NCBI GenBank assembly: GCA_026416815.1
Contig: JAOAEJ010000090.1
Coordinates: forward strand, 62,486 to 126,485
DNA from: Clostridia bacterium
GTDB taxonomy: Bacteria; Bacillota; Clostridia; Acetivibrionales; DSM-2933
Reading direction: 5' to 3'
DNA length: 64,000 bases
Shown: positions 30,437 through 39,593 of the stretch, piece by piece
Layout: each line of letters starts with the position of its first letter
Numbering within the stretch: the stretch's first letter is position 1
The notes under the pieces: generated by a model
What the model saw: the letters and a program-made list of their open reading frames with translations, nothing else
The model's database searches: none
Told to the model about the DNA's origin: nothing
Translations under genes and position numbers: made by a program

Positions 30437-30463
30437 CTGTAAACTATCTTTAATATTTATTGT
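30437..30463. promoter_or_regulatory. Perfect 13-bp-arm palindrome AAAGATAGTTTAC-TG-TAAACTATCTTT abutting the RBS of the 73-aa ORF; candidate operator
   Basis: Seen directly. The half-site AGATAG/CTATCT matches the termini of family 2 elements and the AAGATAATATCTT palindrome at 49004. Confidence 0.5.
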
Positions 30464-30492
30464 AATATTATTAGGTGGTTTAACTGTTTTTA

Positions 30493-30553
30493 TGCGATAT
30501 AAAGGAAGGAGCCTGCACAAAGCAAGCCCCTTCCTTTATATCGCATAAGCACC
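30493..30553. other. Long GC-clamped hairpin (GCGATATAAAGGAAGG...CCTTCCTTTATATCGC) without a U-tract, between the zapA-like gene and the small ORFs
   Basis: 16-bp perfect stem with no flanking T/A run on either strand. Function unclear; possibly an RNA stability element. Confidence 0.4.
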
Positions 30554-30566
30554 ACTTATATTCTAC

Positions 30567-30992
30567 TTAGAATTCCCCTTCCCTTTTAACAGCCTTGTTA
30601 AGGGAATTTCTCACTTCATTAAGCTCTGCCTCTTTTTTTACCAGCTCAATCTGTATACCCGCAGCCTTATTATTCAATGCAGAATTTTCTTCCATAAGAC
30701 GCTTATTCTCTGCCCTCAGTCTCTCAAGCTCATCAACCGAACGCTTCAAATCTCTTTTTAAATTCATTTCATTCTCACGGGTTTTGAAACAATCATCGGC
30801 AACATTTATAGCAGTAAGGACAGCTGCCATAGATGTACTCAACTTACTGTTAACCCTCATTATTTCATTCATTTTTTTATCTATATAATAGCCTATTTTT
30901 TGTAAATACTCCTCCGACTCTGTACCAACCAGAGTGTAATCAACACCGGCAATTCGTATCTCTACTTTGTTCTTTGAGGCCACAAGAACCAA
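30567..30992 (-). CDS. zapA: Cell-division protein ZapA-like
   Basis: N-terminal VEIRIAGVDYTLVG...EEYLQKIGYYIDKKMNEI followed by a coiled-coil C-terminus. Confidence 0.55.
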   Translation of the reverse strand: MVLVASKNKVEIRIAGVDYTLVGTESEEYLQKIGYYIDKKMNEIMRVNSKLSTSMAAVLTAINVADDCFKTRENEMNLKRDLKRSVDELERLRAENKRLMEENSALNNKAAGIQIELVKKEAELNEVRNSLNKAVKREGEF

Positions 30993-31169
30993 CTCCTTTA
31001 CAAAAACAAAAACGCTTCAGCCTTAGCTTGAAATAAAGGCTGAATTAATTCTAAAACCAATAGTAAATCATGTTCCTATATTATACAATATTACACTATA
31101 ATTCGGCAAACAAATAATGCAATTTATAAATGTCGGTTTTAATTTTTGTTAATTATCCTCGAAATATGC

Positions 31170-31207
31170 AAAAAAGGAACCGCTGGATACAGTTCCTTTT
31201 TGTTTTC
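31170..31207 (-). terminator. Bidirectional terminator downstream of the flotillin gene
   Basis: AAAAAAGGAAC...GTTCCTTTTTGTTTT. Confidence 0.65.
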
Positions 31208-31271
31208 TATAAATTCAATTAAGTTTATCCCCTAAATCTTACGCAACATTATAGAGATTTTCCTCTCACTT

Positions 31272-32738
31272 TTAGTATATATCATTATTCTTTATATCCT
31301 TTACATCAATTGTTTTATCTACTGCTTTATCTATCTTAGCATAATTTCTTATAATATCTGTCAGGTCAATACCTGTAAGGCTTTTTACCGTTTCAGGCAG
31401 TTGTGCCATTACGTTTGTAACATCCTTTGTAATCTTTGAAGCGCCGGAATCTCCAATCATAACAATCTTTTCAGTCTTAGCCAAAGGCTGTGCCACAGCT
31501 GAAGCGATTTCAGGAAGCTTTTCAATAATCATCTGTGCCATTGCAGCGTCATTAAACATCTTATATGCCTCTGCCTTCTTAATCATAGCTGCCGCTTCCG
31601 CTTCACCCTTTGCCTTGATGATTTCCGCTTCGGCAAGACCTGCAGCCTTTATAGCCTCAGCTTTAGCTAGACCCTCAGCTTTTATGGCGTAGGAGTAACC
31701 TTCTGCTTCCTTAGACCTCTTGACACGTTCCGCTTCCGCCTGTACCTCAGTTTTAAACCTTTCAGCTTCAGCAGGTTTCTTTACAGTAGCTTCGAGTTCT
31801 CTTTCCTTTCTTAATGCTTCCTGCTCTTGCAGTTCAATCTCTTTTTGCTTCTTGACGATTTCAACCTTCATTGCTTCCGCTTGAACTTCCTGCTCAATAA
31901 CATATTTCTTCTTATCATAGGATAGGTCAGATTCGGCTTTTCTTTCATTGATAGACGCCGTATAATCGGCTACCTTCATTTCCTTATCCCTATTAGCCTC
32001 GGCAACCTTGGTTTCTGCGAGGAATTTTGCTGTCTGTCCGGCCTGCATAGCTTCTGCGCTCTTAATGTCTGCGTCCCTTTTGGCTTCTGCCTGACCTATA
32101 ACCGCATCCCTCTGTACTCTTGCAATCTGTGCCTTACCCAAGCTTTCAAGGTATCCGTTCTTATCAGCGATTTCTCTGATGGTAAAGGATATAATCCTAA
32201 GACCCATGTTTGCGAGATCGGCAGCCGCCAATTCCTGTACCTTCTGAGCAAAAACATCCCTGTTCTGGTTTATCTCTTCAACAGTAAGGTTACCAACAAT
32301 AGAACGCAGGTGACCTTCAAGTGTTTGTGTAGCAATCCTTCTTATTTCTTCCTCTTTAAGGCTTAAAAACTGTTCTGCAGCAGTAGCTATCGCTTCCTGG
32401 CTGGAATCTATCTTTACTTGAGCTATACCGTCAACAGTAACCTGTACACCCTGAGCTGTATAGGCACTGGAGTTTACATCCAAAGGCATAATTCTCAACG
32501 ATATTGTCTTTGCCACTTCAAAAATCGGCCATACAAAGGTTGCTCCACCCCGTACAATTCTAAATCCTACAGTCTGACCGTTAGGAAGCTTTTTCTTACG
32601 ACCGGAAACTATAAGAGCTTCGTCCGGCCCAACCTTAACATACCTGCTTACAAATACCGATACCATGATAAACAGTACAAGCACCAGAAGCCCTGCAACC
32701 AAAATAGTAATACCACCATTAAAACTCATTAACTTCAA
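31272..32738 (-). CDS. Flotillin-like SPFH/band-7 protein (FloT/YuaG-like)
   Basis: N-terminal TM segment, SPFH domain, and a long EA-rich coiled coil. Confidence 0.8.
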   Translation of the reverse strand: MKLMSFNGGITILVAGLLVLVLFIMVSVFVSRYVKVGPDEALIVSGRKKKLPNGQTVGFRIVRGGATFVWPIFEVAKTISLRIMPLDVNSSAYTAQGVQVTVDGIAQVKIDSSQEAIATAAEQFLSLKEEEIRRIATQTLEGHLRSIVGNLTVEEINQNRDVFAQKVQELAAADLANMGLRIISFTIREIADKNGYLESLGKAQIARVQRDAVIGQAEAKRDADIKSAEAMQAGQTAKFLAETKVAEANRDKEMKVADYTASINERKAESDLSYDKKKYVIEQEVQAEAMKVEIVKKQKEIELQEQEALRKERELEATVKKPAEAERFKTEVQAEAERVKRSKEAEGYSYAIKAEGLAKAEAIKAAGLAEAEIIKAKGEAEAAAMIKKAEAYKMFNDAAMAQMIIEKLPEIASAVAQPLAKTEKIVMIGDSGASKITKDVTNVMAQLPETVKSLTGIDLTDIIRNYAKIDKAVDKTIDVKDIKNNDIY

Positions 32739-32743
32739 CCTCC

Positions 32744-33352
32744 CTAGATATTTTTATTTCTTTCACTTTTTCTAGATTCACCTTTTTCACTTTCCAACAG
32801 CTCCAAATCATCTATAGTCAATTTTCTTGCTATGTAGGCGATGCCGCCCGATACCTCCTTTATCTTTGCAATCTCACCCTTTGCTATTTTCTCCTTATAT
32901 ATAGACTTTGCCGGCATACTGTGCCTCACACCGCCAATAACATACACTATCTCACCCATACCACCCTCCGGTACGGGCGTTGCTACTTCCGCATCCATTT
33001 CTATAAGATCGCTTTGAGAGAAGCTTGAGTTGGATTGAGAATTATACATTAGCTTAACTACCCCAAAAAACATCCCCGCTCCAACTATACCTGAAAAAGT
33101 AAGTGCAAGTAGTGAGCTTATAAGCTCACCCATACCGAAACCAAGTTTGCCTATTGTCCCTGCAGCTCCAAAAGCTGTTATCGCGCTGGCAATAACTAAA
33201 GGGTTGAATAGTGAAGGCAAATCAGCGGAATCACCCCCTCCATGACCGCCATGGTCACCTCCACCGTGGTCAAAGCCGTGCCCACTAAGTAAGGCTGATC
33301 CTATGGAATATAAAAGTCCGAATGCAAGACATCCGATATATACGTACAGCAA
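32744..33352 (-). CDS. NfeD-like membrane protein (YuaF-like flotillin partner)
   Basis: TM N-terminus plus a C-terminal OB-fold-like region. TTG start with GGAGGTG 6 nt upstream. Operonic with the flotillin gene. Confidence 0.65.
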   Translation of the reverse strand: MLYVYIGCLAFGLLYSIGSALLSGHGFDHGGGDHGGHGGGDSADLPSLFNPLVIASAITAFGAAGTIGKLGFGMGELISSLLALTFSGIVGAGMFFGVVKLMYNSQSNSSFSQSDLIEMDAEVATPVPEGGMGEIVYVIGGVRHSMPAKSIYKEKIAKGEIAKIKEVSGGIAYIARKLTIDDLELLESEKGESRKSERNKNI

Positions 33353-33373
33353 GGCTACACCTCCTAGTATAAT

Positions 33374-33495
33374 ACTACTTTGTTATTTACCTTAGTTATG
33401 GCAAATTCAAAGCTTAAGTTGCCGATGAAGAAATAATCAACAACGTTTTTGGGTTGTTATTTCTTCATCAGAAATTCCAAAATAACAAAGTAGTA
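33374..33495. repeat. Family 3 palindromic element (E1): outer 16-bp arms TACTACTTTGTTATTT/AAATAACAAAGTAGTA enclosing a 17-bp-stem inner hairpin
   Basis: Partial copies are at 39531..39554 (5' arm) and 46621..46665 (3' part). It starts 22 nt upstream of the nfeD start codon. Confidence 0.6.
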
Positions 33496-33620
33496 ATAAA
33501 TTAGTTCAACTACACTTCTCTATATATTATTAACTAAATATCCGCAACTGAACTGATTTAGCTAGTTTTATAATATATTCCAGTTTGTTTCCTCACCATT
33601 GCCTACTCCAATTCAAGTTT

Positions 33621-33729
33621 ACTATAGATAACCAAATTAAACTTAGTGATACCGAGCTAGGCAACAAGCTGTGATAAGTGCTACTTGCCTAGCCAGATAA
33701 AATCAATTTTAAATTTGGTTATCTATATA
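33621..33729 (-). repeat. Family 2 element, copy F4 (reverse orientation)
   Basis: Outer inverted repeat CTATAGATAACCAAATTAAA/TTTAAATTTGGTTATCTATA. The core reverse-complement TTTATCTGGCTAGGCAAGTAGCACTTATCACAGCTTGTTGCCTAGCTCGGTATCACTAAG matches the F3 core. Confidence 0.7.
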
Positions 33730-34040
33730 CTGCAGTGAGTTGGGTATATAATAAAACTGCAAATTCAGATATACGCTCTCCTCCTATTATATCAAAGCAT
33801 CCTACCTCATTGTATATATCTATTTCTTGCATTTAAAATTCGCACATCATCGTGCTATACTCTATATATAATGTATTGCAACACTACATACAATGTTACA
33901 CTCTTTTATAACTCTCCGCAACTGCCAATTAATGTATTAGTAACGAACCTATGGCAGTAGGCCGACATTTATTACACTAATCTCTCTGTATCTAACCCTA
34001 TCTACTATTTTCTTAGCATACCTTACTTATGTAGCATATA

Positions 34041-34080
34041 AAATAAAAAAGTCCCTGTGTTTAATTTATAACAGGGACTT
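34041..34080 (-). terminator. Rho-independent terminator after the 34091..34669 gene
   Basis: On the minus strand, AGUCCCUGU...ACAGGGACU is followed by a U-run. Confidence 0.65.
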
Positions 34081-34090
34081 GCCTTTATAT

Positions 34091-34669
34091 CTATTTCTTT
34101 ATATATTCTTCTAAGATACCGTTAACCAGATCCTTCATTGCTATAGTCTCAGCCATAGTAGTAAGTGCTATCATAAAAGCAGTAGCTACATTTTTCTCAT
34201 TTTCCTTAATGCCGTCTTCGTCCAGCAGTTTTTTTATGCTATCAAACAGATAAGGCAATGACTCTTTCCATCTATCGAGAGCTTCCTTTCTCATTGTCAG
34301 ATAATTCTTATACACATCGGTGGTCTTTATTATATCGTCTTCAAATATATCAGGGTTATTACGTATAGGCTCCAGGACAGTTCTTATTTCGTCCAGGGAA
34401 TAAATTGATTTCAGGTTGTCTATTAAAGTTAAAAGTACCAGATGATTTTTTGTGTAATACCTTTTATCTACTGGGGGAGGAAGTACACCCACCCTGATAT
34501 AGTTTTGAATCATTGTTTTTGTAAAGCTTCTGCCTTGCCTTTCAAAGAACTTTACCACTTGAGATATAGTAAGCTCGTCACTCAGTGTAATAATTTTCAC
34601 CTGATCGTCTTTATCTATTATGTTGTTCGCAAGCTTCAAAAGCGAATCTTTATCAATATTTGTGTCCAT
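34091..34669 (-). CDS. DUF1836-like protein
   Basis: 192 aa. Family assignment is from memory of the pattern, at low confidence. Confidence 0.35.
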   Translation of the reverse strand: MDTNIDKDSLLKLANNIIDKDDQVKIITLSDELTISQVVKFFERQGRSFTKTMIQNYIRVGVLPPPVDKRYYTKNHLVLLTLIDNLKSIYSLDEIRTVLEPIRNNPDIFEDDIIKTTDVYKNYLTMRKEALDRWKESLPYLFDSIKKLLDEDGIKENEKNVATAFMIALTTMAETIAMKDLVNGILEEYIKK

Positions 34670-34769
34670 AAACTTTCACCTCTTTACTTCGTATATTATA
34701 CATCTATAGAATGAAGTGTATAACTCTATACTATTTTAATAATATACTTTATGTACTTCCATGTCAATA

Positions 34770-34805
34770 AAAAAGGCAGGCAATACACTTTGACCTGCAT
34801 TCATG
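34770..34805 (-). terminator. Terminator after the DUF2007 gene
   Basis: On the minus strand, GCAGG...CCUGCC is followed by U6. Confidence 0.5.
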
Positions 34806-34836
34806 CCTACCCCACGATTATCTTTAATATTTATTT

Positions 34837-35181
34837 TCACTTTTCATCTTCTACACTCTCAACTAAATCTTCCTCATCCACCGGAGTACTGATTAATTGA
34901 ACAGCTTCCTCGTATCTGTCTTTCGGCACTAGTACATCTATACCCGCCAAAGGTGTCCCCAGTACAATCTGTAAAAAGTTATCTACGCCTCTTACTTTTC
35001 TTATTACAGGTATATCAGCTATTTCCAAAAGGCTTTTCAACATTCCGAATTCCATATCGTCACCAACTGTAGTCAGTATATCCCAATTTTCTTCTACACG
35101 TACTCCTGCCTCGCTCTGTACAGGACTGCACTTAGGACATTCACCCTCATAATCCACCTTGCAACCAGGACAAAAAGTCAT
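34837..35181 (-). CDS. Zinc-ribbon + DUF2007 (PII-fold) putative signal-transducing protein
   Basis: N-terminal CxxC...CxxC. A C-terminal ~70 aa fits the DUF2007 pattern (L..A.....L...GI...). Located at the position GlnK normally occupies, 3' of amtB. Confidence 0.45.
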   Translation of the reverse strand: MTFCPGCKVDYEGECPKCSPVQSEAGVRVEENWDILTTVGDDMEFGMLKSLLEIADIPVIRKVRGVDNFLQIVLGTPLAGIDVLVPKDRYEEAVQLISTPVDEEDLVESVEDEK

Positions 35182-35255
35182 ACAAAAACACCTCTTAATT
35201 GTTTAATATCTATAATATTACCATATTTATATGCAGCTAGACAGAATTATGCACA

Positions 35256-35290
35256 TAAAAATAAGCCTCACGGAAAGGCTTATTTTTATG
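35256..35290 (-). terminator. Bidirectional terminator/attenuator between amtB and the DUF2007 gene
   Basis: AAAAATAAGCCT-cacggaa-AGGCTTATTTTTAT. Confidence 0.6.
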
Positions 35291-35315
35291 CTTATATATA
35301 CTTTTTATGATTTGT

Positions 35316-36665
35316 TTACACTACATCCCCAACTTTGACCTTTTTTATACCGCTTGTTGCTGCTTTTTCATTTGAAAGCTTTATACCATCATCCTCAAGC
35401 ACAATACTATCATCAATTGCAGACTGAGCATATGCTCTCATACCGTGTTCACTGATGTCGAGCCCTTCTATCTCTTCCTCGGTACTTACTCTTATACCAA
35501 CAGTTGCTTTCATAATCTTAAATACTATAAATGTTGTTGCAAAAGCCCATATAGAAACGGCCAGGAGACCTGCAGCCTGGATACCTAATAGTTTAAATCC
35601 GCCACCAAAGAAAAGTCCTTTAGCACCGTTTACCGAACCAAAAAGGCCTACTGCCAACGTTCCGAAGGAACCGCATACTCCGTGTACCGCAATTGCTCCT
35701 ACAGGGTCATCAGCACGTACCTTATCTATCATTTCTACAGCTATTACAACCAATACACCACCAATGGCACCTATAACAACAGCACTTGCCATATTTACAT
35801 ATCCACAGCCTGCAGTAATTGATACAAGACCTGCAAGCGCACCGTTTATTGTCATACTTGCATCTACTTTACCATACCTCAGCAGTGTAAATATTGCAGT
35901 CGCAAATCCTCCAGCTGCTGCGGCAAGGTTTGTTGTCACAACTACATGAGCTATATTGCCGTCAAGACCGTTCAGTGCACTACCCGGATTGAAGCCGAAC
36001 CACCCGAACCACAGTATGAATGCTCCCAGAGCAGCCAGCGGTATGTTGTGCGCCGGTATAACATTTGCAGTACCATCTTTTTTATATTTACCTATCCTTG
36101 GTCCTAAAACTATAACTGCCGCAAGAGAAGCCCATCCGCCTACAGCGTGAACAGCAGCCGAACCGGCAAAATCCAGCATACCCATTTTTGCAAATATACC
36201 TTCAGGATTCCATACAACGTGTCCGGCAACAGGGTAAATTATTGCTGTCGCCAAAAAGCTGAATACCATATAAGGTACAAACTTCATTCTCTCTGCAACT
36301 GCACCCGAAACGATGGTAGCAACTGCAACAGCAAATGCCGCCTGGAACATCCAGTAAACCTCAACCGGGAGTCCGAATTGAGCCAGCACAGGCAGGTTGC
36401 TCATAGAGCCCTGGGCAAAAAATCCTGTAGTACCGAATATACCGAACTTATCAGCTCCATACATTACAGCAAATCCGAGTACCCAATAACCTAACAAACC
36501 GGCACAGCAATCAATAAAAACCTTCATAATTATATTCAATGAGTTCTTAGCCCTTACAAAGCCAGCCTCAAGCATAGCAAATCCTGCTTCCATAAAAAAA
36601 ACCAACGCCGCTGCGAGAAGTATCCATACGGTATTTATACCATGTGCGAGATAATCCATAGTCAT
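35316..36665 (-). CDS. amtB: Ammonium transporter (Amt family)
   Basis: Typical Amt N-terminus WILLAAALVFFMEAGFAMLEAGFVRAKN. 11 TM. Has a ~50-aa C-terminal extension. Confidence 0.9.
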   Translation of the reverse strand: MTMDYLAHGINTVWILLAAALVFFMEAGFAMLEAGFVRAKNSLNIIMKVFIDCCAGLLGYWVLGFAVMYGADKFGIFGTTGFFAQGSMSNLPVLAQFGLPVEVYWMFQAAFAVAVATIVSGAVAERMKFVPYMVFSFLATAIIYPVAGHVVWNPEGIFAKMGMLDFAGSAAVHAVGGWASLAAVIVLGPRIGKYKKDGTANVIPAHNIPLAALGAFILWFGWFGFNPGSALNGLDGNIAHVVVTTNLAAAAGGFATAIFTLLRYGKVDASMTINGALAGLVSITAGCGYVNMASAVVIGAIGGVLVVIAVEMIDKVRADDPVGAIAVHGVCGSFGTLAVGLFGSVNGAKGLFFGGGFKLLGIQAAGLLAVSIWAFATTFIVFKIMKATVGIRVSTEEEIEGLDISEHGMRAYAQSAIDDSIVLEDDGIKLSNEKAATSGIKKVKVGDVV

Positions 36666-36847
36666 AATTCATATCACCTTTCTTAAAACTTTTTTAATTT
36701 TTGAATGAAGTATACTTCGCATATTTTTGTATGCGAAAAGAAGTTAAAGGTACTTATTTTCTCTCAACGCCATTGTTTCAAGAAGAAATGATTTTTGAAC
36801 AGAAATGGAAGGGTATAGACAGCCGTTGTGTATATCTCCCATGAACA

Positions 36848-36886
36848 TAAAAAGCCCTGCATACAGTAAAAAACTGCATACAGGGC
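36848..36886 (-). terminator. Terminator after the hemerythrin gene
   Basis: On the minus strand, GCCCUGUAUGCAG...CUGUAUGCAGGGC is followed by UUUUUAUG. Confidence 0.6.
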
Positions 36887-37116
36887 ATCGTTACCCTAGG
36901 TGGTGTGCATCAGTGCAATAACAACATCGTAGGCAAAAAGCGTCCACGGTTTTTGCCACGATACAATTATATAATATAAACATAAAAAATGCAATCTCTA
37001 TAAATGAAAATTGCATTTTTTTATATTTTTACTATAATATTATTATTTTTTTGGTTTTTTTGAATAATAAAAAACAAGATTTTATCAATTAATTTAATAC
37101 AAAATAGGCTATATAC

Positions 37117-37554
37117 CTATTGCTTAGCCTTTAAAAATGCTCCGAGGGCTTTATCAGAGCTTCCTATATGCTTGATTAGCCAATCAACTACTGTACGGTT
37201 TATGTTTGAAACGAAATAAACTGTAGGACCTTCTTCCTCAAATCTATTTTTTAACTCTGAGAAATCCTTTATAAATTGCTCATGCTGCTGCTTATGAGCA
37301 TCGTACTGCGGATAATCACAATTTTGCATTATTTTTTCTTCATCATTAAAGTGTGTAACTACGTAATCCTCTAAAAACTTTACTGTATTACCCACCTCTT
37401 CCTTACCTTTTCTCTCTGTACATGCAGTAAAAAGCTTGTCAACCGCTTCAAACAGTTGCTTATGCTGATTATCAATCTCCCCTACCCCTATTGCCAAACT
37501 ATCCTTCCATTGTACTCCCATTGATAATTCCTCCTTTGAAAAGTAGGTTGCCAA
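37117..37554 (-). CDS. Hemerythrin-like (HHE cation-binding) protein
   Basis: H..H..E spacing pattern, WLIKHI C-terminal motif. 145 aa. Confidence 0.65.
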   Translation of the reverse strand: MATYFSKEELSMGVQWKDSLAIGVGEIDNQHKQLFEAVDKLFTACTERKGKEEVGNTVKFLEDYVVTHFNDEEKIMQNCDYPQYDAHKQQHEQFIKDFSELKNRFEEEGPTVYFVSNINRTVVDWLIKHIGSSDKALGAFLKAKQ

Positions 37555-37845
37555 CTTGATAAAAATAGCAAGCTTACAACCTGTAAGAATATATTTCGTC
37601 TATGAACTAAATTGAATTTAACCTCCACGCTAATCAGTCACAGGCTAGCTTTACTCCTAGAACTACTTATGAAACAAAAAATATTTAAAATTATTCTACA
37701 TTCTACATAAAACAACAATATTTCAATTATAACAATTTGCAAAGGCTTGTTCAAGCTTTTTAAAGGTTTCGGTTTTTCAGTTATTTCGCAAATCAGTACT
37801 ACATTTTGACCAATTGTCTGTGTATAAAGTTTTGCTCCATAAAAA

Positions 37846-37979
37846 TTCAAGCCCGGATTTAAAGATAAGTCACTGCAAAAGTGTTTTTATCCAGTTAGGC
37901 AAGTCGCACTTACCACAGCTCATTGCCTAACTGGATAACACTAAGTTCACACTGACTTATCTATAACCCGGGCTTGAAT
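37846..37979 (+). repeat. Family 2 element, copy F3 (best-preserved)
   Basis: Outer ~30-bp inverted repeat ATTCAAGCCCGGATTTAAAGATAAGTCACTG/CACTGACTTATCTATAACCCGGGCTTGAAT. Middle stem AGTGTT/AACACT. Inner perfect 12-bp stem CCAGTTAGGCAA/TTGCCTAACTGG with a 20-nt loop. Confidence 0.8.
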
Positions 37980-37984
37980 AAGGT

Positions 37985-39415
37985 TCAATTTACTTTTAAC
38001 AACTTTCCTGTCTTTGGCTCTATATATACAAGCCAGTAGCCAAATGCCCCGTACTTGGGCTTATATCCTTCCAGTTGCACCCATCTGCACATTTCACCGA
38101 AAGGATTCTCATCCAGACCATATACTCCGGGCACACCGAAAACTATATATTCCCTTCTTCTAATCCTATCAATATAAATACCTGCTATCAGGTGCCTATA
38201 CTTGAAGTGTGCCATTAGAACCTTGGGGTTGAATAGAAGAGGGGTCTTTATGTTGCATTGATATAAAATATTATTTAAATATACAGGGCTGCTAATCTTC
38301 CACCATTTGTAGTTTCCTCTCCTGATTCCAAAAGGATTATATGGCTCAAAATATTTATTTAGGGACTCCCTTAACTTTTCAATATCCCCATCCTTTTTAC
38401 CATCTCTGCTATCCTCTTGTTTATGGCTGTTTGGAACACAGTCCGAGCAAGGATTATACCCGCTGGAGGGTGGTGTATAATAGTTGTTATTATATGTATA
38501 ATTGGGAGTATTTTTTTCCGGCTCACTTTTTGTTTCATTTACTGTTCCGTTTGGGTAGCCATAGTCTTCCATGCCCGGGTACATATTTGCCATAGTATCT
38601 TGAGTCATTTCCATTCTCTTATCTTCTATGCTGTTTTCCTGCTGCATTGAGTTTTCTGCTTTAAAACCGTCTTCATCGGTTTTATCCGGTCTATCCGGCT
38701 CCATATCCTGTTTAAAAGTTACTGCTTCCTGGGTTGGAGTTTGCATTAATGCACTTTGATTATCTTCATGTAGAGATTTTTCACGTTCATCAACTAATTG
38801 ATTTGCAAAATTTTGTCTAGAAGCAGTATATTTGCTTTCAAGCTCCTCATCAGTATACTTTCCTAAACCCACCTGTGCCTCTATTACCTTTTCACTAGTA
38901 TTTCCAGGCTTCACTGCATTAATTGTTTTATTTGCTGACTCGGTCACCAGCTTCTGTATCTGCTCATTTCTGAGGGAATATATTTGTGCCTTTGCTTGTT
39001 CTCTCCAATTGAGCTTCTTATCCTTATATGCTGCTAAAGGACAGGTTATAGTATTGTTTTCCCTATCTTTATATTCTACAAGTACTGCTACTATATTAAA
39101 CTGATCAATAGGTATTCCGGTTGAAGCCACATTCCCCGGTTCAAACTCCCACTCCAGCTCTCCACGATTTTTTTGCATCGTAATTTCCCCGATGACTACA
39201 GGATAAGTTTTTTTCTCTTCGTGCTTTAGAATATATAATTTATAACAAGTTTGCCCTTCGACTTCCTTTAAGTTTTGAACCGTTGCATGCAGCTTCCCCT
39301 TGCCATCCTTAACTTCAATTTTTGCATATCCCGATGGCTCCTGAGTACTCCCAAAACCAGCATCTTCTCTGCTGAATATAAAGAATAAACGTTTATATTG
39401 GACTTTGCTTTCCAC
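37985..39415 (-). CDS. Hypothetical protein with a central N/Y/Q/E-rich low-complexity region (476 aa)
   Basis: GTG start with GGAG upstream. No recognised domain. Confidence 0.45.
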   Translation of the reverse strand: MESKVQYKRLFFIFSREDAGFGSTQEPSGYAKIEVKDGKGKLHATVQNLKEVEGQTCYKLYILKHEEKKTYPVVIGEITMQKNRGELEWEFEPGNVASTGIPIDQFNIVAVLVEYKDRENNTITCPLAAYKDKKLNWREQAKAQIYSLRNEQIQKLVTESANKTINAVKPGNTSEKVIEAQVGLGKYTDEELESKYTASRQNFANQLVDEREKSLHEDNQSALMQTPTQEAVTFKQDMEPDRPDKTDEDGFKAENSMQQENSIEDKRMEMTQDTMANMYPGMEDYGYPNGTVNETKSEPEKNTPNYTYNNNYYTPPSSGYNPCSDCVPNSHKQEDSRDGKKDGDIEKLRESLNKYFEPYNPFGIRRGNYKWWKISSPVYLNNILYQCNIKTPLLFNPKVLMAHFKYRHLIAGIYIDRIRRREYIVFGVPGVYGLDENPFGEMCRWVQLEGYKPKYGAFGYWLVYIEPKTGKLLKVN

Positions 39416-39593
39416 AAAATTCGCTCCATTCTTTTACTCGCCTGATACTGCATTATCACTTACGATATTTGTTGTTGTAAAAAAGGTAAGCAACAATGTA
39501 GTATTGATTCCTATTATATGTATATGAATAGTACCACTTTGTTATTTACCTTATATTTGAAATTAATATGAAATTTTTATTGTGTCATAACTT

